From positions 37,363-101,362 of the forward strand of contig CAJJAQ010000025.1 in NCBI GenBank assembly GCA_905182095.1: DNA of 64,000 bases, in the 5' to 3' direction. Positions 31,877 to 43,080 of the stretch are shown in pieces; position 1 is the stretch's first letter; every line of letters begins with the position of its first letter. Made by a program: the position numbers and the translations under genes. The stretch is from an uncultured Pseudomonadales bacterium. GTDB lineage: Bacteria > Pseudomonadota > Gammaproteobacteria > Pseudomonadales > Azotimanducaceae. The notes under the pieces are model-generated. The model was not told where the DNA came from, ran no database searches, and saw only the letters and a program-made list of their open reading frames with translations.

Positions 31877-33865
31877 ATGAATTCTTCGAGATCAGTGCTT
31901 GCCAATGCCATACGCGTGCTATCAATGGAAGCGGTTCAAGCCGCAAATAGTGGGCACCCCGGCGCGCCTATGGGACTTGCTGATGTGGCCGAAGTACTGT
32001 GGCGAGATTTTCTTTCGCATAACCCTGAGGATGCCAACTGGCTAAATAGGGACCGTTTTGTACTCTCTAATGGCCACGGATCAATGTTGCTGTATAGCCT
32101 ATTGCACCTGACGGGTTATGACGTCAGCCTGCAGGATTTGCAAGATTTTAGGCAGCTGCATTCCAAGACTGCCGGTCACCCGGAATATGGTGAGTGTCCT
32201 GGTGTAGAGACCACCACCGGCCCCCTTGGCCAAGGCTTAGCTACCGCAGTAGGTATGGCCCTTGCAGAGCAAAAGCTTGCAGCAGAATTCAATACGGCAG
32301 AATTTAACTTAGTCGACCATCGAACTTGGGTGATTGTGGGCGACGGTTGCCTAATGGAAGGCATCTCACACGAGGCAGCTTCATTAGCCGGCACGCTGGC
32401 GTTAGACAAACTTATCTGTATCTATGATGACAATGGCATTTCTATAGATGGTGAAGTTGACGCTTGGTTCAACGAGGACGTTCCTGCTCGTTTTGAAGCC
32501 TATGGCTGGCGGGTAATACGTAACGTCGATGGACACGATGCTGAAGAAATTAGTAAAGCGTTGTCCAATGCGGCGAAAAGCGACGGGCGCCCAACACTGG
32601 TTTGTTGCAAAACCACTATTGGTTTTGGTTCTCCGAGTAAACAAGGCACCGCTAGCGCCCATGGCTCAGTATTGGGTCGCGACGAAATTGAGGCAACCAA
32701 AGCTGCTTTGGGTTGGACTCATGAAGGTTGGGATATTCCAGAAGATATTTATCAGGCATGGAATCAACGCCAAGCCGGTGAGGCGCGACAACTTGCGTGG
32801 CAGCAAGTACTAGACGCATATAGCGTGGCTCACCCGCAACAAGCAGCAGAATTTGTTCGTAGAATGAGTGGCGAGTTGCCCAGTAACTGGCAGCAAGCTA
32901 TTCAGGACTTTGCTGAAGAGGAACAACGCACGCCAACAAATTTGGAGACGAGAAAATCTTCTCAAGCCTGTATTTCCGCCATTGCTGCAGGTGTGCCAGA
33001 ACTTTTTGGTGGGTCCGCTGACCTTACAGGGTCTAATAATACCCGTTGGGCTGAAGCCACAGACAACCAGCATATGAGCTATGGTGTACGTGAATTTGGG
33101 ATGACTGCGATCAGTAACGGCATGCAGTTACACGGCGGCTACCGTCCTTTTACCGGCACATTCTTAATATTTATGGAGTACGCGCGGAACGCTGTGCGCC
33201 TAGCTGCATTGATGAAAGTGCCGAATATTTTCGTCTACACACATGACTCGGTCGCTGTTGGCGAAGACGGACCAACCCACCAGCCTGTGGAACAAATAAC
33301 CAATTTACGCACGACGCCAAATCTGCGTACTTGGCGCCCTTGCGACACTGTTGAATCCGCAATCGCTTGGCAATCTGCCATTGCCAGTACCGATAGTCCA
33401 ACAGCGCTCATTTTCACCCGTCAGAAGACGGTTGCTCAGGCGCGCGATAAAGCTACCTTCGATAATGTTCAACGAGGTGGCTATATCCTGTGTGACACAG
33501 AAGGCCAGCCTGACGCTATTGTTATCGCAACTGGGTCTGAAGTTGAGTTGGCAGTTACTGCTGCTAAATCTCTGGCCAGTTCTCAGGTAAAAGTTAGGGT
33601 GGTTTCTATGCCCTGCGTCGAAGCGTTTTCCGCGCAATCAGCCGAGTATAAAGAGTCGGTATTACCCAATGCAGTGCGTGCTCGCGTTGCTGTGGAAGCC
33701 GGACACCCAGATATCTGGCATCGTTTTGTCGGCTTAGACGGTATTGTGGTTGGCATCAGTTCATTCGGTATGTCGGCACCTGGCCCACAAGCAATGGCAG
33801 AATTAGGCATTACTGCTGAAAATGTTGTGCAGCAAATAAAAAATGTTGTGACTGCTGCCAGCTAG
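31877..33865 (+). CDS. tkt: transketolase
   Basis: [25 protein letters not shown], the ThDP motif [13 protein letters not shown], and a length of 662 aa. Confidence 0.98.
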   Translation: MNSSRSVLANAIRVLSMEAVQAANSGHPGAPMGLADVAEVLWRDFLSHNPEDANWLNRDRFVLSNGHGSMLLYSLLHLTGYDVSLQDLQDFRQLHSKTAGHPEYGECPGVETTTGPLGQGLATAVGMALAEQKLAAEFNTAEFNLVDHRTWVIVGDGCLMEGISHEAASLAGTLALDKLICIYDDNGISIDGEVDAWFNEDVPARFEAYGWRVIRNVDGHDAEEISKALSNAAKSDGRPTLVCCKTTIGFGSPSKQGTASAHGSVLGRDEIEATKAALGWTHEGWDIPEDIYQAWNQRQAGEARQLAWQQVLDAYSVAHPQQAAEFVRRMSGELPSNWQQAIQDFAEEEQRTPTNLETRKSSQACISAIAAGVPELFGGSADLTGSNNTRWAEATDNQHMSYGVREFGMTAISNGMQLHGGYRPFTGTFLIFMEYARNAVRLAALMKVPNIFVYTHDSVAVGEDGPTHQPVEQITNLRTTPNLRTWRPCDTVESAIAWQSAIASTDSPTALIFTRQKTVAQARDKATFDNVQRGGYILCDTEGQPDAIVIATGSEVELAVTAAKSLASSQVKVRVVSMPCVEAFSAQSAEYKESVLPNAVRARVAVEAGHPDIWHRFVGLDGIVVGISSFGMSAPGPQAMAELGITAENVVQQIKNVVTAAS

Positions 33866-33932
33866 GCTAATGTCGCGCCTAACCCTGTATTAAAGTTAAA
33901 GCATATATTTAAGAAAAACGAGAAAGGTCTGC

Positions 33933-35102
33933 ATGCAATTGCCATTTATAAGATCCGTTAGGGACGTCGATTTACGCAAACAAAGAGTGCTAATTCGAGC
34001 TGATCTGAATGTGCCAATTAAAGAGGGTGTCGTGGTTAGTGATGCTCGCATCACTGCTTCATTAGCGACTATCAAGGCGGCTGTAGATGCCGGCGCCAGC
34101 GTCGTTGTCATGTCGCACTTGGGTCGGCCCAGTGAAGGTGTCTATGCCGAAGAGTTTTCTTTAGCACCAGTGGCGCACAGGTTGGGGCAATTACTCAGCC
34201 GTAATGTGCCGTTGTTGGCGCAACCTGAAGACTGTGCTGGCATAGGCTTTGGCGAGGTCGGATTGCTGGAAAATGTGCGTTTTCTTGCCGGAGAAAAAGC
34301 TAACTCTGCCGAGTTGAGTAGGCGTTTAGCTGACCAATGTGATGTCTTTGTTATGGATGCCTTTGGTACAGCACACAGGGCCCATGCTTCTACTCATGGT
34401 GTTGCTGAATTAGCCCGTGATGCCTGCGCAGGATTATTATTAGATGCCGAACTTAAGGCATTCCAGCAAACCTTAAGAGCGCCAAAGAAGCCTATGGTGG
34501 CGATTATTGGTGGTGCTAAAGTATCAACCAAACTAGAAGTGTTGGGTTCGCTGGCGGACATTGCAGATCGCATCATTGTTGGTGGCGGTATAGCGAATAC
34601 ATTTATTGCGGCAGCTGGATATGCCATCGGTAAATCGCTTTATGAACCTGAGCTACTAGAGGTGGCAAAAACCATTGCCAGCCGCGTCGAAATTCCTATT
34701 CCAGTAGATGTTATGGTGGGCAAAGTCTTCGACGAAGCGACGCCGGCAATTGTCAAAGCCATAGGTGACGTCGCTGCAGATGAAATGATTATGGATATTG
34801 GCCCTGTCACTGCTCGAGCATGGGCAGATTCACTACTAGATGCCCAAACGATTATGTGGAATGGGCCACTAGGCGTGTTTGAATTTGATCAATTCGGTGA
34901 AGGTACCCGGATTCTAGCCCAAGCTATTGCTGATAGCAGTGCCTATTCAATTGCTGGCGGCGGCGATACATTAGCGGCCGTCGACAAGTATTCTGTGACT
35001 AACGGGATATCATACATTTCTACAGGTGGTGGAGCGTTCCTAGAACTTGTTGAAGGCAAGGTACTGCCCGCAGTAGAAGTTTTAGGCCGACGCTCGGCTT
35101 AA
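33933..35102 (+). CDS. pgk: phosphoglycerate kinase
   Basis: RADLNVP, SHLGRP and a GGGDT-type C-terminal motif ([10 protein letters not shown]). Confidence 0.97.
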   Translation: MQLPFIRSVRDVDLRKQRVLIRADLNVPIKEGVVVSDARITASLATIKAAVDAGASVVVMSHLGRPSEGVYAEEFSLAPVAHRLGQLLSRNVPLLAQPEDCAGIGFGEVGLLENVRFLAGEKANSAELSRRLADQCDVFVMDAFGTAHRAHASTHGVAELARDACAGLLLDAELKAFQQTLRAPKKPMVAIIGGAKVSTKLEVLGSLADIADRIIVGGGIANTFIAAAGYAIGKSLYEPELLEVAKTIASRVEIPIPVDVMVGKVFDEATPAIVKAIGDVAADEMIMDIGPVTARAWADSLLDAQTIMWNGPLGVFEFDQFGEGTRILAQAIADSSAYSIAGGGDTLAAVDKYSVTNGISYISTGGGAFLELVEGKVLPAVEVLGRRSA

Positions 35103-35240
35103 AACCAAGTAGGGGTGCGGAGCTGACCATCGGCATTATGCCGAATGAAGGAAGAAGTTCCTTAGAACGATTTGAAACTCAAAATGGGGCATTCATGTTG
35201 GATGCTCTGAAAATGAATACAATAGATTGCGGAGAAGAAG

Positions 35241-36305
35241 ATGGCGCTTATTAGCTTACGTCAGTTACTAGACCACGCGGCAGAAAATGACTATGGCGTC
35301 CCTGCCTTTAATGTGAATAACCTCGAGCAAATGCGCGCAATTATGGAAGGCGCGCAGGAAACCCAGAGCCCGGTGATTGTTCAAGCCTCAGCTGGTGCGC
35401 GTAAGTACGCTGGCGCAAATTTTTTGCGTCATTTGATGTTAGCTGCGGTGGAAGAGTTTCCAGACATTCCCGTAGTAATGCACCAAGACCACGGCGCTTC
35501 CGCAGACGTTTGCCAGCGCTCAATGCAGATGGGTTTCACCTCTGTAATGATGGATGGCTCACTGCTGGAAGATCAAAAAACTCCAGCGGAATACGAATAT
35601 AACGTTGCTGTCACCCGCAGGGTTGTTGAAATGGCTCACGCCTGCGGTGTTTCTGTAGAGGGTGAATTGGGTTGTTTGGGTTCCTTGGAATCAGGCACTG
35701 CTGGGGAAGAAGATGGTGTCGGTGCTGAGGGAATTTTGACCCTAGAACAAATGCTCACGGATCCAGAGCAGGCCGCAGACTTTGTTGCTAAGACCGGCGT
35801 AGATGCGTTAGCCATTGCCATAGGTACCTCTCATGGGGCCTATAAGTTTAGCCGGCCGCCCACAGGAGATATTCTTGCTATCGAGCGCATTAAGGCAATA
35901 CATAAGCGTCTGCCGAATACCCATTTGGTTATGCACGGTAGCTCGTCCGTACCACAAGAATTACTCGCAGAAATTAACGAATTCGGTGGCGAAATTCCCG
36001 AAACATATGGCGTGCCGGTTGCGGAGATTCAGCAAGGTATTCGCCACGGTGTCAGAAAAATCAATATTGATACCGACCTTCGACTAGCATCCACTGCGGC
36101 TATTCGTAAGCACCTAGCTAATAATCCTAGCGAATTTGATCCGCGCAAATATTTTGCTGACTCTCAAGTTGCCATGAAGAAAGTGGTGATTGATCGGTAT
36201 GAAGCATTTGGTACTTCAGGACAGGCAGTAAAATTAAGAGCTCATTCTTTGGAAAAAATGTTTTCCTTATACGCGGCGGGTGATTTGGAGCAAGTCGTTA
36301 AGTAA
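35241..36305 (+). CDS. fba: class II fructose-1,6-bisphosphate aldolase (354-aa, Calvin-cycle/FbaA-like subtype)
   Basis: [18 protein letters not shown] and [10 protein letters not shown] metal and active-site motifs. It follows pgk, as in Pseudomonas. Confidence 0.96.
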   Translation: MALISLRQLLDHAAENDYGVPAFNVNNLEQMRAIMEGAQETQSPVIVQASAGARKYAGANFLRHLMLAAVEEFPDIPVVMHQDHGASADVCQRSMQMGFTSVMMDGSLLEDQKTPAEYEYNVAVTRRVVEMAHACGVSVEGELGCLGSLESGTAGEEDGVGAEGILTLEQMLTDPEQAADFVAKTGVDALAIAIGTSHGAYKFSRPPTGDILAIERIKAIHKRLPNTHLVMHGSSSVPQELLAEINEFGGEIPETYGVPVAEIQQGIRHGVRKINIDTDLRLASTAAIRKHLANNPSEFDPRKYFADSQVAMKKVVIDRYEAFGTSGQAVKLRAHSLEKMFSLYAAGDLEQVVK

Positions 36306-36356
36306 TGAGTTTTGTGTTCAGAGCGCTTGTCGCGGTGTTTATGTTAGAGGTTAGTT

Positions 36357-37352
36357 GTGTTGCTTGAGGCCAGAGGCCTTGGGCAGTTCGATGACGCTAG
36401 TCTGATTCAAGCCCTGGCATCACCGCCCTTAGATGCACAAACCTGGTGCCCAATGAATAGCGGCCTACTTGATGAGTATAACCAGTTCTACAGTTTACAA
36501 TTTCCTGGCATAGACCGCGATTTAGCGCTTGTTGAAAGTAATGGCGAGCGCATCACAATACAAACCTTCGCGCCAAATGATCGGGAAATTCAGGCTTGGG
36601 CTGTGGTCTGTCATGGCTACTATGATCACGTCGGCTTATATGGTCATTTGATCAAAGACTTGCTTCTACGCGATATTGCGGTGGTGACTTTTGATCAACC
36701 TGGTCATGGCTTGTCTAGCGGCGATAGAGCCAATATTGGTGACTTCCAACAGTATGTTAATGTCATCGAAATCGTCCATAAGTTTGCAAGCAAGCGCGCT
36801 TTGACTAAGCCACTACATTGGGTTGGGCAGAGTATGGGGGGCGCTTTAGTCATGGAATATTGGCAGCAGCAGGGCGATGCTAAACCTACAGGTGAAGTGG
36901 TTCTGTTGGCGCCCTTAGTCCGCCCATACGCTTGGCCAATAATGCGCTGGGCCTTTGCATTGGCTAAACGTACCGTACAGGCGCGACCCAGAAATATGAC
37001 ATCAAATATGCTCAATCGAGAGTTTACCAACCTGCTAACAGTAGACCCCTTGCAAGCTAACGTACTTCCCGTTGCCTGGGTGCAGGCAATGATCGACTGG
37101 TTTACACGGTTCGAAAAATACCCCAGTTGTTCTTTACCGGTTAAGATTGTCCAAGGTTATGAAGACCGTACTGTGAGCTTTCGTCACAACCTGGCGGTGC
37201 TCAATAAGCAATATTCGAACGCTGGAATATACATTATCCCGAGCGCCCGCCATCATCTCGTTAATGAAAGCGCCGCTATCTATGACGAGCTTTGGTTCTG
37301 GCTCGACGATGTCTGTGATTGGCATAAAGTTAAAAGCTCAAGCTCAAGCTAA
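36357..37352 (+). CDS. alpha/beta hydrolase (lysophospholipase / monoacylglycerol-lipase-like)
   Basis: HGYYDHVGLY oxyanion-region motif, nucleophile elbow VGQSMGG and a C-terminal His (ARHHLVNE). The start is GTG and uncertain. An internal ATG at 36453 is possible. Confidence 0.8.
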   Translation: MLLEARGLGQFDDASLIQALASPPLDAQTWCPMNSGLLDEYNQFYSLQFPGIDRDLALVESNGERITIQTFAPNDREIQAWAVVCHGYYDHVGLYGHLIKDLLLRDIAVVTFDQPGHGLSSGDRANIGDFQQYVNVIEIVHKFASKRALTKPLHWVGQSMGGALVMEYWQQQGDAKPTGEVVLLAPLVRPYAWPIMRWAFALAKRTVQARPRNMTSNMLNREFTNLLTVDPLQANVLPVAWVQAMIDWFTRFEKYPSCSLPVKIVQGYEDRTVSFRHNLAVLNKQYSNAGIYIIPSARHHLVNESAAIYDELWFWLDDVCDWHKVKSSSSS

Positions 37353-37363
37353 AGCTCAAGCTA
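37334..37363 (+). repeat. five tandem hexamers AAGCT(C/A) spanning the hydrolase stop codon
   Basis: aagctc aagctc aagcta aagctc aagcta. The stop TAA (37350-37352) lies inside the third unit. The RBS AAGAGGAAG of the next gene follows directly. Confidence 0.9.
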
Positions 37364-37375
37364 AAGAGGAAGTAA

Positions 37376-38740
37376 ATGTTAGACACAATTTTTTCCCAGA
37401 AACAGATTCGCAGAGATCCAGAGAGTTTGCAGATTTGGGGCAAAGACTGGACCAATGGTTATCCTGTCGACCCCAGTGTTATCGTTTTTCCAGAGACCAT
37501 TGAGCAGGTGCAAGAACTTGTTGGCTACGCTATTAGTGAGGGTTTGAAACTTGTGCCATCTGGCGGTAGAACGGGTTTGTCTGGTGGTGCGGTTGCCAGT
37601 AATTCAGAGGTCGTAGTGTCATTCGACCGGATGAACAAAATTTTAGATTATTCAGCTAAAGATCGAATTGTGACCTGCCAGCCAGGATTGGTTACAGCTA
37701 ACCTGCAAGCTTTTGCGCGAGATCAAGGCCTCTACTATCCGGTGGACTTTGCCTCATCTGGGTCTAGCCAGATAGGCGGCAATGTGGCCACTAACGCTGG
37801 TGGCATTAAGGTTATCCGTTATGGCCTGACCAGGGACTGGGTAGCTGGTATGAAAGTAGTTACCGGCACTGGAGCATTATTAGATTGTAATGCGGGACTG
37901 GTAAAAAACGCCACGGGTTATGATTTTAGGCATTTGTTGGTGGGGTCCGAAGGTACTTTGGGTCTAATGTGCGAACTAGATATGCGCTTGGCGCCAATGC
38001 CGGAACCGCAGTCGGTGATGGTTGTGGGCGTTCCTCAAGTCGCAGACTTGCTGAATATCTTGCATGCATTTTCAGATCAAATCACATTGTCTGCTTTTGA
38101 ATTTTTCTCGGATCTAGCGCTCACCAAGGTTCAAGCCCACAGAGATCTACCAGCACCTTTAGCAGAATCTGTTGCCTATTATGCCTTACTTGAATTTGAT
38201 CAATCATCGCTGCCGTTGGCAGAAGAAGTGTTTGCTCGATGCATGGATGCCGGCTGGCTAGTCGACGGCGTTGTCAGTCAGTCAGAGGCCCAGGCGAAAT
38301 CACTTTGGCAGTTGCGTGAAGGTATTTCAGAAAGCCTAGCCTCCTATACCCCCTATAAAAATGATTTGTCCGTCCGCATAAGCGAGGTCCCAGAATTTTT
38401 GGCCGATGTGGATCGTTATGTTAGTGAGTCATACCCTGAATTTGAGGTTTGTTGGTATGGCCACATTGGCGATGGCAATTTGCACCTAAACATTTTGCGC
38501 CCAAAAGATATGAGTGTTGAAGAATTCTTTAAACACGGTCATGGCATGAGCCCAAAGATATTTGAAATCGTTGCGTCACGTCGAGGCAGCATTTCTGCTG
38601 AGCATGGCGTTGGTCTATTGAAACGTGATTTTCTTGGCTATAGCCGCAGTGAAGACGAAATTGCATTAATGCGGGGGCTCAAAGCATTGTTTGACCCCCA
38701 TCAGATACTCAATCCTGATAAGCTGCTTGCCGCGAACTGA
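37376..38740 (+). CDS. FAD-binding oxidoreductase (GlcD / D-2-hydroxyacid dehydrogenase family)
   Basis: PCMH-type FAD-binding domain (VIVFPETIEQVQELV...VPSGGRTGLSGG) and C-terminal FAD-oxidase motifs (HIGDGNLH...SAEHGVG). Confidence 0.88.
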   Translation: MLDTIFSQKQIRRDPESLQIWGKDWTNGYPVDPSVIVFPETIEQVQELVGYAISEGLKLVPSGGRTGLSGGAVASNSEVVVSFDRMNKILDYSAKDRIVTCQPGLVTANLQAFARDQGLYYPVDFASSGSSQIGGNVATNAGGIKVIRYGLTRDWVAGMKVVTGTGALLDCNAGLVKNATGYDFRHLLVGSEGTLGLMCELDMRLAPMPEPQSVMVVGVPQVADLLNILHAFSDQITLSAFEFFSDLALTKVQAHRDLPAPLAESVAYYALLEFDQSSLPLAEEVFARCMDAGWLVDGVVSQSEAQAKSLWQLREGISESLASYTPYKNDLSVRISEVPEFLADVDRYVSESYPEFEVCWYGHIGDGNLHLNILRPKDMSVEEFFKHGHGMSPKIFEIVASRRGSISAEHGVGLLKRDFLGYSRSEDEIALMRGLKALFDPHQILNPDKLLAAN

Positions 38741-38755
38741 AACGGACCAGCCAGC

Positions 38756-39457
38756 CTAAATTTTCAGTATCTTGTCAGCTGTCGCAAGAAAAGCCACGCT
38801 GGCGCATTGATGCGCAAATAGACCATTGCAGACCACACCGGGAATATCGTTGATTGCTGATTCTAACAATAGTGCATCGCTGATATTAAGGTCGTGAGTG
38901 TCGAGTATCCAATTACCATTGTCGGTCACAACACCTTCACGCCATACCGGTTGCCCACCTAGTTGGACAAGGGCGCGAGCAACTAGGCTGCGGGCCATAG
39001 GAATTACCTCAACAGGTAAAGGAAAGTTGCCGAGCTGGGTTACTAATTTGCTATGATCTGCAATGCAGACGAATTCGTCTGCGCTGGCGGCGACAATTTT
39101 TTCACGAGTGAGAGCTGCGCCACCGCCCTTAATCATTTGTCGTTGTTCATTGATCTCGTCCGCGCCATCGACGTAGACGTCCACACGGGCTGCCGAGTTC
39201 AAATCTAAGACGTGTATGCCGTGGGATTTTAGCCGGGCAGTTGAACCTTCACTGGAAGATACTGCAGCATCAAATGTATGTTTGATGGTGGCTAATGCAT
39301 CTATGAAATGATTAGTAGTGGAACCGGTGCCTACACCGACAACACTGTTGGGCCCAAGTTTCGGTGCAATGTGTTTTAGCGCAGCCTGGGCCGCAAGTTG
39401 TTTGAGCTCGTCTTGTGAATAACTAATGTTTGGCCCCTCTTGTAATAAAATTGGCAA
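38756..39457 (-). CDS. rpiA: ribose-5-phosphate isomerase A (start uncertain)
   Basis: [31 protein letters not shown] and KGGGAAL motifs. The track ORF (to 39559) overlaps ilvA. The nearest upstream in-frame start before the conserved N-terminus is TTG at 39457. Confidence 0.85.
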   Translation of the reverse strand: MPILLQEGPNISYSQDELKQLAAQAALKHIAPKLGPNSVVGVGTGSTTNHFIDALATIKHTFDAAVSSSEGSTARLKSHGIHVLDLNSAARVDVYVDGADEINEQRQMIKGGGAALTREKIVAASADEFVCIADHSKLVTQLGNFPLPVEVIPMARSLVARALVQLGGQPVWREGVVTDNGNWILDTHDLNISDALLLESAINDIPGVVCNGLFAHQCASVAFLATADKILKI

Positions 39458-39477
39458 TGAAGTTGGAAAATGGTGAC

Positions 39478-40992
39478 ATGCTTGAAAATTATGTAAAGAA
39501 AATTCTCTCTTCTCGAGTATATGAACTTGCGCAAGAAACGCCCCTATCCCCTGCGCCATTGCTTAGCAGGCGCTTCGGTACGCAAGTTTTTTTAAAGCGT
39601 GAGGATCTGCAACCAGTTTATAGTTTCAAGTTGCGCGGTGCCTACAACAAAATTTCTCAGTTATCTGAAGCACAAAAGGCCGCTGGTGTGATCACCGCTT
39701 CCGCTGGTAATCACGCACAGGGCGTTGCGATGGCCTCTAAGCATTTGGGTATTAAGGCGACTATAGTCATGGGCCGTAATACGCCGAGCATTAAGATTAA
39801 TGCCGTTAAAGATCGTGGTGCTAAGGTAATTCTGCATGGTGACAACTACGATCAAGCGTCAGTACATGCAAAGGCTTTGTGTAAAGAGCAAGGCTTAACC
39901 TTCATTCCCCCTTATGATGATGCCGAGGTGATTGCAGGCCAAGGCACCATAGGGTTAGAAATTGTTAACCAACATAATGGCCCTATTGATGCCATTTTTA
40001 TCCCCGTGGGCGGTGGCGGTCTGCTTGCCGGTGTTGCAGCCTACGTCAAACATTTGCACCCGAAGACTCGGATCATTGGCGTTGAGGTGGAAGGCTCCAA
40101 TTGTATGGATGCAGCGCTTAAGGCTGGTAAACGAGTGAAACTGCCGTTGGAAACCTTAGACCTGTTTGCTGACGGTGTCAGTGTGGCCCAAGCTGGTTTG
40201 CTGCCCTTTAAGATCGCTAGCAAATACGTAGACGAAATTGTTGTGGTCAACGTCGATGAAATCTGTGCAGCAATTAAAGATGTTTTCGAAGATACCCGAG
40301 GAGTCTCTGAACCCGCTGGTGCTTTGGCCATAGCTGGCATGAAACGCTACTTGCGGGATCACCCTGGAATGTCCTCAGTGGTGGCCATTGTCAGTGGCGC
40401 CAATGTGAATTTCGATCGGCTGCGGCATATCTCCGAGCGCGCAGAGGTAGGTGAGGCAAGGGAAGCAGTTTTGGCAGTGACCATTGACGAAGCCCAAGGC
40501 AGTTTCCTGAAGTTCTGTCGCGCATTGGGTAAACGCTCCATCACCGAGTTTAACTATCGCTATGCTGATGCCACTGGCGCGCATATATATGTCGGCCTTG
40601 GCGTAGCGTCAAAAGAAGACCGACTGGCAGTTGTCGAAAATTTGCAGTCCAAAGGCTATATGGTTTTTGACATGACTGACAATGAAGCTGCGAAAATGCA
40701 TGTCCGGCATATGGTGGGTGGTCATCGGGTCAAGGCAAGTTCTGAGTTATTATACCGATTCGAATTCCCCGAGCGCCCAGGCGCATTGCTACAATTTTTG
40801 TCAGGCCTTGGTGCTGATTGGAATATTACGCTGTTCCATTATCGTAACCATGGTGCGGCTTGGGGGCGAGTGTTGGTTGGTTTTGATGCGGCGCCTAGTG
40901 ATAACGGCAAACTGCAGAAATATCTGCAGCGCATCGGCTATCGATTTTGGGCAGAGCAAGACAACCCAGCCTATAAACTATTTCTTGAATAG
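39478..40992 (+). CDS. ilvA: biosynthetic threonine dehydratase
   Basis: PLP site [10 protein letters not shown], plus two C-terminal ACT-like regulatory repeats. I trimmed the start to the ATG at 39478 ([16 protein letters not shown]). Confidence 0.95.
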   Translation: MLENYVKKILSSRVYELAQETPLSPAPLLSRRFGTQVFLKREDLQPVYSFKLRGAYNKISQLSEAQKAAGVITASAGNHAQGVAMASKHLGIKATIVMGRNTPSIKINAVKDRGAKVILHGDNYDQASVHAKALCKEQGLTFIPPYDDAEVIAGQGTIGLEIVNQHNGPIDAIFIPVGGGGLLAGVAAYVKHLHPKTRIIGVEVEGSNCMDAALKAGKRVKLPLETLDLFADGVSVAQAGLLPFKIASKYVDEIVVVNVDEICAAIKDVFEDTRGVSEPAGALAIAGMKRYLRDHPGMSSVVAIVSGANVNFDRLRHISERAEVGEAREAVLAVTIDEAQGSFLKFCRALGKRSITEFNYRYADATGAHIYVGLGVASKEDRLAVVENLQSKGYMVFDMTDNEAAKMHVRHMVGGHRVKASSELLYRFEFPERPGALLQFLSGLGADWNITLFHYRNHGAAWGRVLVGFDAAPSDNGKLQKYLQRIGYRFWAEQDNPAYKLFLE

Positions 40993-41009
40993 ACCGCTGG
41001 GCCGTTGGG

Positions 41010-41543
41010 CTATTGCGGGGAGAATTTTAGCCACTCTTCTTCGAAGACGAGTTTTGTTGTGTCAGTGATGTGATCTATGTAAAGGCGTCCGTCTAGGTGA
41101 TCGAACTCGTGTTGGACAACTGTGGCCAGAAACCCCTTAAGCTCTAGGTCGGCAGCCTGCCCTTGTAAATCGGTATAGTGCACTACTAAATGCTGTGGGC
41201 GTTCCACGAACCCTCTTAGGCCCGGTACTGACAGGCAACCCTCCCAATAGCCGGCAACCTCTGGATTGAGTATTTCAATGACCGGGTTGAAGAACACCGT
41301 CAGCGGAATAGCTTCAATTTCGCCATAGCGACTTGGTCCTCCAGGCACCTCAATAATAGCCATACGCAGCGGCTCATCGATTTGGGGTGCAGCTAAACCA
41401 ACACCGCCATAATCTCTCAAAGTATCCGTCATATCTAACAAAAGGCGCTGCATCGCTGGGCTGCCAATGAACTCTTCGGCGACGTTATCCGCTGGTATGC
41501 GTAAAGACGGGTGTCCCATGCGGATGATCTTTCTAATAGCCAT
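41010..41543 (-). CDS. def: peptide deformylase (stand-alone copy, no adjacent fmt)
   Basis: All three PDF motifs are present: GVGLAAPQ, EGCLSVPG and QHEFDHLDG. Confidence 0.9.
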   Translation of the reverse strand: MAIRKIIRMGHPSLRIPADNVAEEFIGSPAMQRLLLDMTDTLRDYGGVGLAAPQIDEPLRMAIIEVPGGPSRYGEIEAIPLTVFFNPVIEILNPEVAGYWEGCLSVPGLRGFVERPQHLVVHYTDLQGQAADLELKGFLATVVQHEFDHLDGRLYIDHITDTTKLVFEEEWLKFSPQ

Positions 41544-41634
41544 AATTATCTCCTTCTAGTTCGCTGGGTTTTCATATCTTGCAGGGAAACATAGCTGATT
41601 CGGTTGTATGCTATAGCTGTTAGATGAGTTGACT

Positions 41635-42264
41635 CTAATCGGCATGATTGAATTCGGTAAAGCCGGATTCAGTAATCACAGCATCCAGTGCTACATCCCA
41701 GTGGCTTTTCTCTAGGGGTTCAATACTTTGTTGTGCGTCAAAGCAAACGCCAAGTAGGTAGGGCCTGTCTACTTCGCTGGAAAAAAAGCGATCGTAATAA
41801 CCGCCCCCCATGCCCAGCCGAGTGCCGTATTTGTCGAAGGCAAGCAGCGGCAGCAAAACACAATCTAGGTCTGCGGCGGCTATGTGTTCAGAGGCCTCAG
41901 GCTGAGCGAGAGTTCTCAAATTGTAGTGGCCGAGTACTGTCTGCGTATTTTTGGCGTACCGGTAAAAGCCCATCTGCCCTTGCTCTTCCTCAACAACCGG
42001 AACGAAAATTTGTTTTTGCGAATGCTGCCATGCCTCAGCAATCCAAACATCTAGCGACGCTTCATTGGCACTATTTAGGTAGGCTGCGATACGGGTGAGT
42101 TTCTGGGGTTGCTGGTTTGGCGTTCGCTGTTGGGCAAAAAAGGTTGCCAAGTGTCTGCTGATGGCTGCGCTGGCCTGCTGCTTTTCGTTAGCTGACAGAT
42201 TGTTTCTGATCGCGCGAAATTTATTGCGCTGTTGCTGCCTAAGGCTGGGGGAAGAATTTGTCAT
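41635..42264 (-). CDS. ygfA: 5-formyltetrahydrofolate cyclo-ligase
   Basis: MTHFS-family C-terminal motif GMGGGYYDR. I trimmed the start to the ATG at 42264. It lies downstream of 6S RNA, as in the E. coli ssrS-ygfA unit. Confidence 0.85.
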   Translation of the reverse strand: MTNSSPSLRQQQRNKFRAIRNNLSANEKQQASAAISRHLATFFAQQRTPNQQPQKLTRIAAYLNSANEASLDVWIAEAWQHSQKQIFVPVVEEEQGQMGFYRYAKNTQTVLGHYNLRTLAQPEASEHIAAADLDCVLLPLLAFDKYGTRLGMGGGYYDRFFSSEVDRPYLLGVCFDAQQSIEPLEKSHWDVALDAVITESGFTEFNHAD

Positions 42265-42299
42265 GGTACGTAGTCTGGAGATAACTAGTGACAGTTTAA

Positions 42300-42480
42300 A
42301 AGTGCTCCCGGAAATGCCGCTGTTGGTTTGCCCTGAACCGTCGAAGCTCAAGGCGGAGAATCAAGCAAAATCTAAGGCGCCCCATAAGGTTGGGTATGCA
42401 CACCGACTCTGCGGAGAATCTCCTGACGTTTATTTAACGGCTCAAGGACTTGACCACTCGCAAACATCCCAGGAACAGTG
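42300..42480 (-). ncRNA. ssrS: 6S RNA
   Basis: The minus strand reads CUGUUCCUGGGAUGUUUGCGAGUGGUCAAGUCCUUGAGCCGUUAAAUAAAC...GGUUCAGGGCAAACCAACAGCGGCAUUUCCGGGAGC. This parallels E. coli 6S (CUGAGAUGUUCGCAAGCGGGCCAGUCCCCUGAGCCGAUAUUUCAUA...GGUUCAAGGGUUACAGCCUGCGGCGGCAUCUCGGAGA). The 5' and 3' ends pair to form a closing stem. The zapA-ssrS-ygfA synteny is conserved. The ends are approximate (+/-5 nt). Confidence 0.82.
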
Positions 42481-42482
42481 CC

Positions 42483-42510
42483 AGTATAACGATTTTGTAC
42501 CTCAGGCAAA
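42483..42510 (-). promoter_or_regulatory. putative sigma-70 promoter of ssrS
   Basis: On the minus strand: TTTGCC (-35, 42510-42505), a 16-nt spacer, and TATACT (-10, 42488-42483). This is about 7 nt upstream of the predicted 6S 5' end. Confidence 0.4.
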
Positions 42511-42695
42511 CAACGAACTTTGCTTATCTTTTAACTAAATGAAAGACACTCACGGCCTAATTGGCCGCGGCTTGGAAGCAGACAGAGAAAAGCTGTCGTT
42601 AAGTGGAATTTCGGCGAAACAAAGGCCACAAGAGTGAGCAAAACCGGAGGAAGCGCTGCTTGTTTTTGGTTTAGTTGGGGGCTTTCGCCTAGAGT

Positions 42696-43010
42696 TTAAG
42701 TTTGCTGCTGTTCCGAGCTTGGTAGGATGTTGGCGATTTTTTCATTGAGCATTTTTATCCGCCTGTTAGCCACATCTTGATTTGAACTGGCGTTCTTGCT
42801 GCCCATTAAGAGATCATTGGTAATGTTCAATGCGGCCATGACGGCCACGCGGTCCACACCCACAACTTTGCCGGTAGAGCGAATTTCCAACATCTGCTCA
42901 TTCAAATAGCGCGCCGAGCGCTTCAGTGCGTCTTCTTCATCGGCTGGGCAAGAAATTTGGTATTCCTTGTCCATGATATTGACGCTTAGGGTTTTTATGT
43001 CATTACTCAT
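42696..43010 (-). CDS. zapA: cell division protein ZapA
   Basis: 104 aa. SVNIMDKEYQISCPADEEDALKRSARYLNEQM...AVMAALNITNDLL is the conserved ZapA pattern. Confidence 0.92.
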   Translation of the reverse strand: MSNDIKTLSVNIMDKEYQISCPADEEDALKRSARYLNEQMLEIRSTGKVVGVDRVAVMAALNITNDLLMGSKNASSNQDVANRRIKMLNEKIANILPSSEQQQT

Positions 43011-43080
43011 TCATCACCGACCGTGGGCCTATTTTGGAGCTTCGTTTGCAAGTTGTGCGGGGCGCATTTTTCTTTGGCAA

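Noticed and set aside
33866-33932. Absence of an epd/gap gene between tkt and pgk, which is present in E. coli and Pseudomonas.
   Set aside because: The 67-nt spacer has no ORF remnant or sign of a frameshift. This looks like simple lineage-specific gene order, not a deletion scar or pseudogene.
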